Positions 31,098 through 40,635 of a DNA stretch of 64,000 nt are shown piece by piece (the first letter of the stretch is position 1; each line of letters opens with the position of its first letter). A model generated the notes under the pieces. The model was not told where the DNA came from and made no database searches. It worked only from the letters and a program-made list of their open reading frames with translations. Source of the DNA: an uncultured delta proteobacterium. Its GTDB lineage: Bacteria; Desulfobacterota; Desulfuromonadia; Desulfuromonadales; BM103. Both the position numbers and the translations under genes were made by a program. The DNA lies in assembly GCA_963715335.1 (NCBI GenBank), contig CAVQRZ010000029.1, positions 38,385 through 102,384 on the forward strand. The letters are read 5' to 3'.

Positions 31098-31322
31098 ATG
31101 ACTCCCAGTGAAGTGAAACGCTACCTGTCTGAACGCAAGGTCGCACCTTTGAATGATATTGCCGTTCATTTTGATATGGAACCGGACGCTGTGCGCGGCA
31201 TGCTCGGCCACTGGATCAGAAAAGGTCGCGTACGGCTCCATCAGGAAGATCGATGTCACAGCGACGGTTGCTGCGGTGGTTGCAGTGAACAGGTCAAGGA
31301 AGTTTACGAGTGGTTGCAGTAA
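31098..31322 (+). CDS. feoC: FeoC-like winged-helix protein with Cys-rich tail
   Basis: VRGMLGHWIRKGRV; C-x4-CC-x2-C cluster; follows feoB. Confidence 0.85.
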   Translation: MTPSEVKRYLSERKVAPLNDIAVHFDMEPDAVRGMLGHWIRKGRVRLHQEDRCHSDGCCGGCSEQVKEVYEWLQ

Positions 31323-31340
31323 TCATTAAGGGCTTGTTGC

Positions 31341-32300
31341 ATGCATATTCACAATCTTGACAAATGGCGGCATGAGCACAATTTCTTCGTTTTCCGTGAG
31401 CAGAACGAGAAGAACACTTTTAGGGTGATGAGCCTGACGGCCGCAACCATGGTTGTCGAGATTGTCGCCGGGATTATGTTCGGCTCGATGGCGCTGCTGG
31501 CTGACGGCTGGCACATGGGCACTCATGTCGCGGCCTTTCTGATCACCCTGTTTGCCTACCGCTATTCGCGTAAAAATGCCAACAACCCTGATTTCAGTTT
31601 TGGCACTGGCAAGATCAATGTGCTCGGAGGGTTCGCCAGTGCCGTCGCTCTTGCGGTGGTTGCCCTGATGATGGCTGTCGAATCGGTGGGACGTTTCTTT
31701 TCTCCTGTGGAAATCCATTATGGCCAGTCGATACTGGTTGCCGTGGTCGGCCTTACGGTCAATGTTGTCAGCGCTTTTTTACTGAATGGTAGCCACGGTC
31801 ACGATCATCACCATGGGCACAGTCACGGTCCAGACCATCATCATGAAGATCACAACCTCAAAGCTGCCTATTTTCATGTCCTGGCCGATGCCTTGACGTC
31901 GGTTTTGGCGATCATTGCGCTGCTCTTTGGCAGTCTCTTCGGCTGGTGGGTGCTGGATCCATTGATGGGAATTGTTGGCGCTCTGGTGATTACCCGGTGG
32001 GCCTGGGGGCTCCTGAAGGAAAGCAGCGCCATCCTGCTTGATGCCGGAGTCAAAAGGGAAGTGCGTGATGAAATCCGGGAGCTTGTTGAAGCAGATGCAG
32101 ACAACCGGGTTACTGATCTGCATGTCTGGAAAATAGGCCCACAACACCTCGCGGTGCTATTGACTCTGGTCACCCACCACCCTCGTTCGGCAAGCGAATA
32201 CAAGAAATTGCTCGCCGACTTACACCAAATCAAACATATTTCCATTGAAGTGATCAACTGCGAGGACAAGCTTTGCATCGCACTGGGGGAAGCCGTCTGA
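31341..32300 (+). CDS. dmeF: CDF family Co(II)/Ni(II)/Fe(II) efflux transporter
   Basis: SMALLADGWHMGTH, FSFGTGK, His-rich loop, HVLADALTS. Confidence 0.9.
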   Translation: MHIHNLDKWRHEHNFFVFREQNEKNTFRVMSLTAATMVVEIVAGIMFGSMALLADGWHMGTHVAAFLITLFAYRYSRKNANNPDFSFGTGKINVLGGFASAVALAVVALMMAVESVGRFFSPVEIHYGQSILVAVVGLTVNVVSAFLLNGSHGHDHHHGHSHGPDHHHEDHNLKAAYFHVLADALTSVLAIIALLFGSLFGWWVLDPLMGIVGALVITRWAWGLLKESSAILLDAGVKREVRDEIRELVEADADNRVTDLHVWKIGPQHLAVLLTLVTHHPRSASEYKKLLADLHQIKHISIEVINCEDKLCIALGEAV

Positions 32301-32483
32301 AATGGTTTCTTGCGAAGGAGAAAGCTCGGCTCTGGCTGCTCTCTTTACCACAAGGCCCTCTTTATTTCTCCCCTTCATCCCTGTCTTCCAAGTTTTTCTG
32401 GTCGTTGCCGTGCAGATTTAATCAGGTTGGCCCTGTGGCCCAAAAAAACTTCAGCTTTTTCGCACTTCACACCTCGCACCTCT

Positions 32484-32897
32484 TCATTGCAGCTCTGCCG
32501 CCTTGCACTGCGCCACCACGCCCTTGAGCCAGGCGATCTCGTCCGGTGCAAACTGCTTGTTGTATGCGGTGCCGATATTCATCGCCCAATGCAGCTTGTC
32601 AGGAGTCATCTCGGCCAGCACATGCCCCGGCAATTGCAGGCAGGGGACCTCTTCCTCGGCCCATTGATTGAGCCGCTGCTGCTCGTCAAAGAAGACCAGG
32701 TAGTCGATGCCGTCAGCTTCGACAATCAGCGGCACTTCGATCTTCTCCTTGGTGCCCTTGTCATCCGTGTCGACTGTTTCGTTGATGGTCGGGACGAAGA
32801 AATTCATGTTGAGGAACAGGTCATAGAAGCCGGACTGGGCCTTGTGGTCGTCAGGGTTGGCGCGCAGGGCTTCGAGGGCTTGATCGATTTCAGTCAT
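32484..32897 (-). CDS. SseB N-terminal-domain family protein
   Basis: FFVPT...PL...YLVFFD..RL..W...WAMNIG..FAPDEI pattern. Confidence 0.65.
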   Translation of the reverse strand: MTEIDQALEALRANPDDHKAQSGFYDLFLNMNFFVPTINETVDTDDKGTKEKIEVPLIVEADGIDYLVFFDEQQRLNQWAEEEVPCLQLPGHVLAEMTPDKLHWAMNIGTAYNKQFAPDEIAWLKGVVAQCKAAELQ

Positions 32898-33069
32898 CAG
32901 ATGGCCTTTTGCTTGGGGTCAACGGGGCGGGCGAAGGCAATTTATTCAAGGATACCGGTTAAACATACCGGTTGTCCAGCCTCTCCTGGGCCGGCCCTGA
33001 CCGAGCTCGGGCTTTGGCCGGGCGCGTGGCTTTTTTTGACAGGTAGCCGGCCCTTGATATGATAGGAGC

Positions 33070-34428
33070 ATGACCAGGTATTTGCTCTTGACTGTTTTGC
33101 TCGTTCTGGCGCTGTCCGGGCCGCAGGCGCTACTCTGTGCCGACGACCCCGCTGCGCAGGTGCGGGCGGTGCGGGTGGCCGGGGTGATCAACCCGGTGGT
33201 CGCCGACTTCATCGCAGCCGAACTGGACGCCGCCAACGCCGGCAGCCCGCGGGCCTTCATGATCGAGCTTGACACGCCCGGCGGGCTGGACAGCGCAATG
33301 CGCAGCATTATCCAGCAGATTCTCGGCTCACGCCTGCCGGTGATCGTCTATGTCTCTCCCTCGGGCGCCCGGGCCGCATCGGCCGGCGCCCTGATCACGC
33401 TCGCCGCAGATTTCGCCGTGATGGCCCCAGGCACCAACATCGGTGCTGCCCACCCGGTCGCGATCGGAGTCGGCGGCTCGGGCGGCGGTGCGCAGGACGA
33501 GACGATGATGGAGAAGGTGGTCAATGACGCGGTTGCCTACGCCCGCAGCATCGCCGACCAGCGTGGCCGCAACCGCGACTGGGCGGAGCAGATCGTCCGC
33601 GAGTCGATCTCCACCGCCGCCATGGAGGCGCTTGAGCTCAAGGTCATCGACCTGGTTGCCGCCGACCAGGCGGCCCTGCTCGCAGCGCTGGATGGCCGCA
33701 CCTACCTGCGCAACGGCCAGGCCCGGACCCTGGACACCGCCGGCGCAACCGTGAGCTACGCCGAGATGAGCTGGCGCCAGGAGATTCTCAATACCATCAG
33801 CAGCCCGAATGTCGCCTACATGCTGCTGATGCTCGGCATCCTCGGGATTTTCTTCGAGATCTCCCAACCGGGGGTGATTCTGCCCGGCGCGATCGGCGCC
33901 CTCGCCCTGCTGCTCGCCTTCCTGGGTCTGCAGACTTTGCCGGTCAATTACGTCGGCGTCCTGCTGATCCTGCTCGCCATCATTCTCTTCATCCTCGAAG
34001 TCAAGGTGGTCTCTTTCGGCATGCTCACGGTCGGCGGCCTGATCGCTTTGACCTTTGGCTCACTGATCCTGATCGAGAGCCCGCACCCCTACCTGCAGAT
34101 TTCCAGAACGGTAATTGCGGCAACCGTCACGGTCTGCGGCGGCTTCATCAGCCTGGTGCTGTATTTCGTGGTACGCGTCCAGAAGACCCGCTTCTTCTCG
34201 GGTCTCGAAGGGATGGTCGGCGAGCACGGTACGGCCGTCACCGTACTGAACCCCCGCGGCCGGGTCTTCCTGCACGGCGAATACTGGGATGCCCGCGCCG
34301 AAGCCACGATTGACGAGGGGTGCGAGATCGAGGTCGTCCGGGCCGAACCGAACCTGAAGCTGCTGGTCCGCGCCGTCGGGCCGGAAGCAGCTCCCGCAGC
34401 AGAGGAGGCACATCATGATCCCGACTGA
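33070..34428 (+). CDS. nfeD: NfeD family membrane-bound serine protease (long form)
   Basis: LDTPGGL, AASAGA, NIGAAHP, TM region, C-terminal OB fold (GEYWDA). Confidence 0.92.
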   Translation: MTRYLLLTVLLVLALSGPQALLCADDPAAQVRAVRVAGVINPVVADFIAAELDAANAGSPRAFMIELDTPGGLDSAMRSIIQQILGSRLPVIVYVSPSGARAASAGALITLAADFAVMAPGTNIGAAHPVAIGVGGSGGGAQDETMMEKVVNDAVAYARSIADQRGRNRDWAEQIVRESISTAAMEALELKVIDLVAADQAALLAALDGRTYLRNGQARTLDTAGATVSYAEMSWRQEILNTISSPNVAYMLLMLGILGIFFEISQPGVILPGAIGALALLLAFLGLQTLPVNYVGVLLILLAIILFILEVKVVSFGMLTVGGLIALTFGSLILIESPHPYLQISRTVIAATVTVCGGFISLVLYFVVRVQKTRFFSGLEGMVGEHGTAVTVLNPRGRVFLHGEYWDARAEATIDEGCEIEVVRAEPNLKLLVRAVGPEAAPAAEEAHHDPD

Positions 34429-35182
34429 ACTGATTGGCTGGCTGGTCATCCTGGTGCTGATCTTCAGCATCATCGGCAGTGCGGTGCGCGTCCTTTACGA
34501 GTACCAGCGCGGCGTGGTCTTCCGTCTCGGCCGGTTTGCCATGGTCAAGGGACCCGGCCTGCGCTTCGTGATCCCGGTGGTCGACAAGATCGTCAAGGTC
34601 AGCCTGCGCACCGTGGCGATGGATGTACCGCCGCAGGACGTGATCACCAAGGACAATGTTTCGGTAAAGGTCAACGCGGTGCTCTACTTCCGCGTCGTCG
34701 AACCGGAAAAGGCCCTGATCGAGGTCGAGGACTATCTTTACGCCACCAGCCAGCTGGCCCAGACCTCCCTGCGCAGCGTACTCGGCCAGGCCGAACTCGA
34801 CGAGCTGCTCTCGCACCGCGACCGCATCAACCAGCAGCTACAGGAGATCCTCGACCGGCAGACCGACCCCTGGGGGGTCAAGATCTCCAACGTCGAGATC
34901 AAGCATGTCGACCTGCCGCAGGAGATGCAGCGCGCCATGGCCCGCCAGGCCGAGGCCGAGCGCGAGCGACGCGCCAAGGTGATCCATGCCGAAGGGGAAT
35001 TCCAGGCGTCGCAGAAGCTTGCCGACGCCGCCGCGGTGATTTCGAAGGAGAGCGGTGCGCTGCAGCTGCGCTTTTTACAGACGCTGACCGAAATCGCCAC
35101 CGAGAAGAACTCGACGATCATCTTCCCGGTGCCGCTTGACCTGCTCAAGCCGTTTCTGGATACGGGGAAAAAATCGGATTAA
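34415..35182 (+). CDS. SPFH/stomatin (slipin) family protein
   Basis: [44 protein letters not shown]. Confidence 0.95.
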   Translation: MIPTELIGWLVILVLIFSIIGSAVRVLYEYQRGVVFRLGRFAMVKGPGLRFVIPVVDKIVKVSLRTVAMDVPPQDVITKDNVSVKVNAVLYFRVVEPEKALIEVEDYLYATSQLAQTSLRSVLGQAELDELLSHRDRINQQLQEILDRQTDPWGVKISNVEIKHVDLPQEMQRAMARQAEAERERRAKVIHAEGEFQASQKLADAAAVISKESGALQLRFLQTLTEIATEKNSTIIFPVPLDLLKPFLDTGKKSD

Positions 35183-35222
35183 AGGCAAGACCGGGGGACA
35201 CCATTTTTCAAGTGTCCCCCAT

Positions 35223-35255
35223 AAAGAGCCTGGTCAGTGCCAGGGTCTTTTCTTT
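35223..35255 (+). terminator. Intrinsic terminator after nfeD-slipin
   Basis: AAAGAGCCTGG...CCAGGGTCTTTTCTTT, preceded by the hairpin GGGGGACAC/GTGTCCCCC (35193-35220). Confidence 0.65.
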
Positions 35256-35338
35256 GCGGGGTTTTCCGTACTGCTTCCAGGCCGCGACCTTAAGAGGGAT
35301 CCTGCTTATCACGATTCCGTCGATATGACATCTTCTAC

Positions 35339-35893
35339 TCAGGCTTCAACACCGCGCAGATGTTTATGCATGTACGACCAGATGCCGATTTGCTCAACAA
35401 CATAAAGCAGGATGCCGATCGTGACCACCGCCACGAAATTCTCCGGTAATGCCATTGAAAACAGGTAGAACGGGTAAAACGCTACGCGATAAAACAGGTG
35501 CCGCCAGCCGACAACCGGGTTTTCACCCGTTGCCATACGAATCAGCACAGGAACGACAATCGAGAAGCTGTAGCCGGTCAGAGCGAGGTGGATCATCGTT
35601 GCGGGAGGTGGGCAACCAACAACCTGCAGTACCGACTCGGGAAGCGCCTGGTAAAGGTTGAAGTCCCTGGTGACGAATGCAGCGAGACTGGCAAGCAAAA
35701 AGAGCAACAGTCCCCAGAGCCCCTTGCGTGACAGGGCATGAAGAGCAGTGAGAGACAGGCCATCGCTGGATTCACGAGCTTGATCGACAGGCCCGTCAGG
35801 CCAGGATCTGCTGATCGCAAAGGTTTTTGTCATGTGATGTTTGGCGGTATTTTTGAGGGGCCTTTTGGCAGCCGTCGAATCGTGATGATTCAT
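35339..35893 (-). CDS. Membrane protein of Cbc-type menaquinol oxidoreductase clusters (CbcE-like)
   Basis: About four TM helices, GxPPP motif, RBS GAGGAGGA, directly downstream of cbcB; family match is from memory only. Confidence 0.6.
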   Translation of the reverse strand: MNHHDSTAAKRPLKNTAKHHMTKTFAISRSWPDGPVDQARESSDGLSLTALHALSRKGLWGLLLFLLASLAAFVTRDFNLYQALPESVLQVVGCPPPATMIHLALTGYSFSIVVPVLIRMATGENPVVGWRHLFYRVAFYPFYLFSMALPENFVAVVTIGILLYVVEQIGIWSYMHKHLRGVEA

Positions 35894-35961
35894 GATGTCC
35901 TCCTCGTTGTTTCCGGACAGGGTTGCCGTGGCAACCGTCAGCGGTTTGTCAACAAACCCGT

Positions 35962-36618
35962 TCAAGCCACTCCGTGTGGATGCTCGTCGACCTCCTCTTC
36001 TTCCCAGCCGTTCCACATCGGTTTGATATAGGCCATCGGTGTTTTGCCGAGCGTGGCGAGATAAACGTGGGTGAAGAGAAAGGCACAGAGGGTGCACGCC
36101 AGAAGAAAATGGATGGCAATCAAAATTTTCAGGCCACCGACCATCAGCACCAGTTCGCGCATGGGGTTGACATTGGTCAGTAACAGGCCGGTCAGACTGA
36201 CCAGAGGGACTAGAACGAACATGATGGCCAGGTACGCTGACTTCTGCATCGGATTGAACTTGTTTTCAGGGGTTGGATGGTGAGGGTTCTTCCAGCCCAG
36301 GAAGTAAGTCAGCAGGTAGAATTTGGCCTGGCGTAGCAGGCCGACCTGCAAGTCATCCTTGCTCGGCAGGTAAATCTTGAGCATGCTGCGGCTGATCAAC
36401 GCATAGTAGGTGAACCAGAGTGTGAAAGAAAACGTCACGACCAGCCCGGCAACGTTATGCAGCAGGATCGCAGCCTTGTAATTGGCGAACAGGTGGATAT
36501 GTTCCGGGAAACGGATCTGCACTGCAGTCACACACAGGGTGATGATCCCCAGGGCATTCAACCAGTGCCAGATGCGAACCGGTGTCGGCTGCAAGTATAT
36601 TTTAGTTGTGGATGACAT
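35962..36618 (-). CDS. cbcB: Di-heme cytochrome b subunit (Ni-hydrogenase/FdnI b-type fold)
   Basis: RIWHWLNA, LHNVAG, KFNPMQK, IHFLLA..THVY His ligands; adjacent to a 7-heme cytochrome. Confidence 0.8.
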   Translation of the reverse strand: MSSTTKIYLQPTPVRIWHWLNALGIITLCVTAVQIRFPEHIHLFANYKAAILLHNVAGLVVTFSFTLWFTYYALISRSMLKIYLPSKDDLQVGLLRQAKFYLLTYFLGWKNPHHPTPENKFNPMQKSAYLAIMFVLVPLVSLTGLLLTNVNPMRELVLMVGGLKILIAIHFLLACTLCAFLFTHVYLATLGKTPMAYIKPMWNGWEEEEVDEHPHGVA

Positions 36619-36623
36619 GGCTA

Positions 36624-37676
36624 TTACTCCTCATGTTTACGGTTTTTGCGCGTCAGGAAGCGCAGGGTTCCATGTCCGATCGGCATGACCATGCCACCGG
36701 CAAGAATGACCAGACCGACGTAATTGAGCGCGGTACTCCTCGTGGCTCCGACCATGTAGAAGTCCGGTGTTCCGTACAGAGCATCAAGGACCGCTCCCTT
36801 CTCGACGGCAACGCGCCGGAAACTGCCGTCTCGTTCTGCCAGAGAAAGATAACTCACCTGCATTGCTCCCGGTCCGGAAGCGTGACAGAAGGAGCAGTCC
36901 CAGCGATCGTCCTGGGTGCGGAAGTCGTGATAGACATGTTCCGGAGTCATCATTCCTTGAAGGCGCAACTGCTTTTTCTCTGAATCGAGATTGAACATCC
37001 GTAATTCAGCGAGCGAAATGTAGTTGTCGGCATTGACATCGACCAGCTCCTGGATCGGCCTGTCTCCGGCGAGGGCAACCAGTTCATCGTAGGACGCCAG
37101 CTTGAATTGGCCAAAAAGAGTTTCGCTCTGCCGCTTGATAATGTAGAGACTGATGACAAAATTTTCGACCGGTGAATGGCAAGTGATACACGGCAGCATA
37201 CTGATATGCAGGTCGGCCTGAGGCAACCATTCGGCATGCTTGGTCAGCATTTCTGCACGTTCATGACATGCAGAGCACTGCAGGTTCATGTCATGTCCGG
37301 AAACAGCCGTCGGCCCGAGAGCCCGGTGAGGATTGTGGCAATCGCTGCAGCTGGCATTTTCAGCATGGCCGCTGGCACTGTATTCTTCACCGACGGCATC
37401 ATGACACTCTGAGCAGCTGGCTTTGGAAGGTGTCAAGCCGTCATCAGGGTGTTCTTCTGTAATCGTTGCATGGCAGGCGTGACAGCCGACGTCAGCATGT
37501 GCCGTGTGATCAAAGCGGAGGGCTGCGATTACCAATTCTTCACCGACCATGTCCGGGTCGTTGTGGCAAGCCATGCAATCACTGCTTTCCATGGAGAAGG
37601 CCATAATCGGTGCCAGACTCAGAAGCAACATGAGCAGCCCTGCTCGTAAGGTTTTATGGATTGTTCGCTTGATCAT
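36624..37676 (-). CDS. cbcA: 7-heme c-type cytochrome with EF-hand-like motif and C-terminal TM anchor
   Basis: CMACH, CHACH, CSECH, CSDCH, CSACH, CITCH, CSFCH; DVNADNYISLAEL; signal peptide. Confidence 0.82.
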   Translation of the reverse strand: MIKRTIHKTLRAGLLMLLLSLAPIMAFSMESSDCMACHNDPDMVGEELVIAALRFDHTAHADVGCHACHATITEEHPDDGLTPSKASCSECHDAVGEEYSASGHAENASCSDCHNPHRALGPTAVSGHDMNLQCSACHERAEMLTKHAEWLPQADLHISMLPCITCHSPVENFVISLYIIKRQSETLFGQFKLASYDELVALAGDRPIQELVDVNADNYISLAELRMFNLDSEKKQLRLQGMMTPEHVYHDFRTQDDRWDCSFCHASGPGAMQVSYLSLAERDGSFRRVAVEKGAVLDALYGTPDFYMVGATRSTALNYVGLVILAGGMVMPIGHGTLRFLTRKNRKHEE

Positions 37677-37706
37677 ATCGATCCCCTTGATTGATGTTTG
37701 TCAGGT

Positions 37707-37956
37707 TCAACGCAGCATCTGCCTGATCGACTGCGGGTTCTTTTCCGTCAAATCGCAGATGAGCTGCGGTACGGTTTTGAGCGCGGCAAAAGACCTGGGA
37801 AACGACAATAATCCCGCAGTAGCCAAGGAAGAAGCGAATCGTCAGGCCGCTGACTCCTTCCATCACATCCAGGGTCAACCATGTCGCGATCCCGGCACTG
37901 ATGAACAGGGCCATACTGGCCGTCCAGAGCAGTAAAAGTTTCCATCCGATTTCCAT
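37707..37956 (-). CDS. Small membrane protein of the cbcBA operon (one apparent frameshift near 37788)
   Basis: RBS GGAGGT; removing one T from a T-run gives ...SQVFAALKTVPQLICDLTEKNPQSIRQMLR*. Confidence 0.6.
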
Positions 37957-37998
37957 AACGACCTCCATCTCTGCCTTGTTATAGCCACGTCAGGGCAT

Positions 37999-38247
37999 CT
38001 ACTCCTCGCCAAGCACCTCTACTTCGACCGGGCTCTTGCTGCTGCTGAAAACAGACTTCACCAGGCCAAAGATCAGGAACAATGCCGGCAGGAGCTGCAC
38101 GATCACGATCAGAGCGCACATGCAGAGGAACGCCCAGACCATTATCATGCTGCTATCGTCTCTGACACCGGTTGCGGCCATGAGATTTGAAGCCAGAGCG
38201 CATTGAGCTGCCAGAACCATCATCAAGATTGTCATTTTGCGTTTCAT
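37999..38247 (-). CDS. Small membrane protein of the cbcBA operon
   Basis: RBS AAGGAGA; signal-like N-terminus then WAFLCMCALIVIVQLLPALFLIFGLVK. Confidence 0.75.
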   Translation of the reverse strand: MKRKMTILMMVLAAQCALASNLMAATGVRDDSSMIMVWAFLCMCALIVIVQLLPALFLIFGLVKSVFSSSKSPVEVEVLGEE

Positions 38248-38260
38248 GGTTTTTCTCCTT

Positions 38261-38703
38261 TTATAAGGGTTGCTCATATCCTTGCCCGGTTTCGCAGGGA
38301 TGAAACGGCCTGGTCGCATACAACGCGCTGTTACAGGCACAGTCGACAGCCAATTGCAGTTCATCCCACCCTTCGGCACAATCTGGCTGATTGGTACGGT
38401 AGAAAACACCTTGCTGAGCGAATACAGAGTTCATCTGAATGCGACACGTCGTCCGAGGCAAGGATGATGGTCAAATGTGGGTTGCAGCTCTTCAGCAAAG
38501 GGATCAGGCGTGCAAAAGAAAGGTCTTCTTCCAGCCCGTCGCTGAGAACAACGATTGACCGTTCCGCCGCGCAGAAGCATCTCCATCAGGCATGCTGCAG
38601 ACCCGGTGGTTGCGATCGCAACGATCCCGTCTGACAACATCCTCGCCATACGGGCACGCTGGATCGGATTTTTTCCGGCGACGATGAACATGGGTCTCGG
38701 CAT
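38261..38703 (-). pseudogene. Stand-alone degenerate receiver-like protein split by two frameshifts
   Basis: Stitched: MPRPMFIVAG...LLRGG|RSIVVLSDGLEE..LIPLLKSCNPHLTIILASDD..CIR|QQGVFYRTNQP..ELQLAVDCA; breaks near 38560 and 38416. Confidence 0.65.
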
Positions 38704-38747
38704 GGCGGCGTTACTCCCCTGAGGTGAGATCTTTGTGGTGTAGGCAG

Positions 38748-38993
38748 TCATTTCAGAATCAGCCTTCCTGTTTTCTTTCGCCGCCGGAAATAGGCTGCTT
38801 TGATCAGGCCGCCCAGCAGCATGATGGCCGGAACCACCTGGATGGCGATGACGGCTGAAACAAAGGCGAGGAAGATGGTACGCATCGGCTCGGTTCCAGC
38901 CGCAGCGCCCCCGGCAAGAGGAATGATTGCCGTCCCGGTAGCGACGACGATGATGATCAACGCACTGAAGAATTTTGAGAATTTTGGTTTCAT
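38748..38993 (-). CDS. Small membrane protein, first gene of the cbcBA operon
   Basis: RBS AAGGAGG; IFLAFVSAVIAIQVVPAIMLLGGLIK. Confidence 0.78.
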   Translation of the reverse strand: MKPKFSKFFSALIIIVVATGTAIIPLAGGAAAGTEPMRTIFLAFVSAVIAIQVVPAIMLLGGLIKAAYFRRRKKTGRLILK

Positions 38994-39039
38994 GGCAGCC
39001 TCCTTGGGATTTGGGTTGCTCGTGTTGTCTTATACAGGG

Positions 39040-39197
39040 AGCAACCGCCATACCAAGGCCATGAACGCCTTGAAAAACTTTTTTTATACAATGAAATCAG
39101 CAGCTTGAAAGATTTAACCAAAAGCGGGAGGGCAGTGCGGATTCCTGTCGCGCAAGAAAAAGTCCTGCCGCACAGGAAGATTCCAACGACACAGGAA
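39040..39197 (-). promoter_or_regulatory. sigma54 promoter with IHF site and three enhancer (UAS) palindromes for the cbcBA operon
   Basis: TGGTATG-N4-TTGCT (39055-39040); IHF-like AATCAG-N4-TTG (39095-107); TTCCTG-N5-CAGGAA-like sites at 39142, 39162, 39181. Confidence 0.75.
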
Positions 39198-40447
39198 TGC
39201 CGCTGCTTTGAAAAGACGTGGTCAGTTGAGGTGAAATCTGATGCTTTTTAATCAGTGAGTAAAGGCGCGACCTTGAAAGGCCGGACAACTGGCAGGCCTG
39301 GCTGATATTCTGTCCGGCATGCTGTACAAGGTTGGACAGGTACCGTCTTTCCGCCTGGTCGAACACACCATTGCGGAAATCCTGCAGGGAGGGAAGTCTG
39401 CCGCCCACGTAAGCGCTCTGCCTGTTATGGCTGGAGGCGAAGGGCCTTCAGGGCGGATTTGGCGACCCGGATACGGATATGCTGCGGCAGATGTTTCGGG
39501 AAAAGAGTGGTTTCATACCTGGCCGTAAAGAGGGCCTGCTCAAGGGTGTTGATCAGTTCACGTACGTTGCCCGGCCAGGGGTACAAGGAAAGTGTCTGGA
39601 TGAATTCGGGCGTCAACTGCTTGGAGCAGAACTCGTGCCTCTGGCACAAGCGGTTCATGTGATAAACGGCCAAAGGATGAATATCACCGATCCGGCTACG
39701 CAGTGCCGGCAGGGTTATACAATAGGACTGCAATCGGTAAAGCAGATCCTGCCGGAACTGCCCGAGGGCAACCTTTTGTTGCAGATCGCGGTTGGTTGCA
39801 GCAACCAGGCGAAAATCGCTGTTGACTTCCGTCTTGTTCCCGAGCGGTCGGAAAGAATGCTCCTGCAATACTCGCAGAAAGGCCTTCTGCAGCGTTGGCG
39901 ACAACTCCCCGACTTCGTCAAGAAACAGGGTGCCGCAGTGTGCCTGGCGAATGAGGCCTTCGCAGGCTTTGTCCGCACCGGTAAAAGCTCCTTTTTCATG
40001 ACCAAAAAGCAGGCTGGCAACCATCGATTCAGGGAGGACCGTGCAGTCGATGGCGACAAAGTTGCCGCTTGCCCGGGCGCTGTTTTTATGAATGGCCCGG
40101 GCGAACAGTTCCTTGCCGGTGCCGGTCTCGCCACAAAGCAATACGCTGGCATCGGTCGCTGCTGCCTCCAGCAGTAGCCTCAGACAATCTGACAGGTTCT
40201 TACTGGTGCCGACAATTTCACTGCAGGGATTCTCATCTTCGTTAGCCACGTTTTCGTCGTAGGCGCCACGCTCAGCACAGATACTGAGCAAATCATCAGA
40301 AAGTCTGACCTTGATCTGGTTGGCGCGGACACCGGGGATTTCGACTTTGACATAAACCCGGCCGTCTTTTTCAACAACGTCAATACTCGAGGAAGGGAGA
40401 AATCTTGATGTCGGTAAAGGTATACGCTCCGAATGTTCTGACCCCAC
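39097..40447 (-). pseudogene. sigma54 enhancer-binding protein with N-terminal Hsp20-like domain; Fis-HTH separated by one apparent frameshift near 39445
   Basis: [67 protein letters not shown] (NISQACQLSGLSRSRLY) in the next frame; GTG start with RBS AAGGGAG. Confidence 0.8.
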
Positions 40448-40499
40448 GGCAGGCTCCCTTACGGTTTGCAATCAGAGTGGTGACCACAGTCCGAATAGC

Positions 40500-40635
40500 A
40501 GCAGGAGCCGTGCCAAACTCATGGCCTTGGCGAAACGGCGTATTATCAGCCACTTGCTATGAATCAGGTTGTCTGCACGTTTTCGCAGAGCAAGGATCAT
40601 TCCTGTTTGACAAGAATTTTCCTGTCGCAGCGGAG
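40500..40635 (-). promoter_or_regulatory. Second sigma54 promoter + IHF + UAS cassette, upstream of the Hsp20-bEBP gene
   Basis: TGGCACG-N4-CTGCT (40515-40500); TATCAG-N4-TTG (40544-56); TTCCTG-TTTGA-CAAGAA (40600), with weaker copies at 40581 and 40619. Confidence 0.72.

Noticed and set aside
39142..39197. Short regularly spaced repeats as a mini-CRISPR
   Set aside because: 17-bp degenerate palindromes with 2-3-bp gaps and no spacers or cas genes; they fit activator binding sites.
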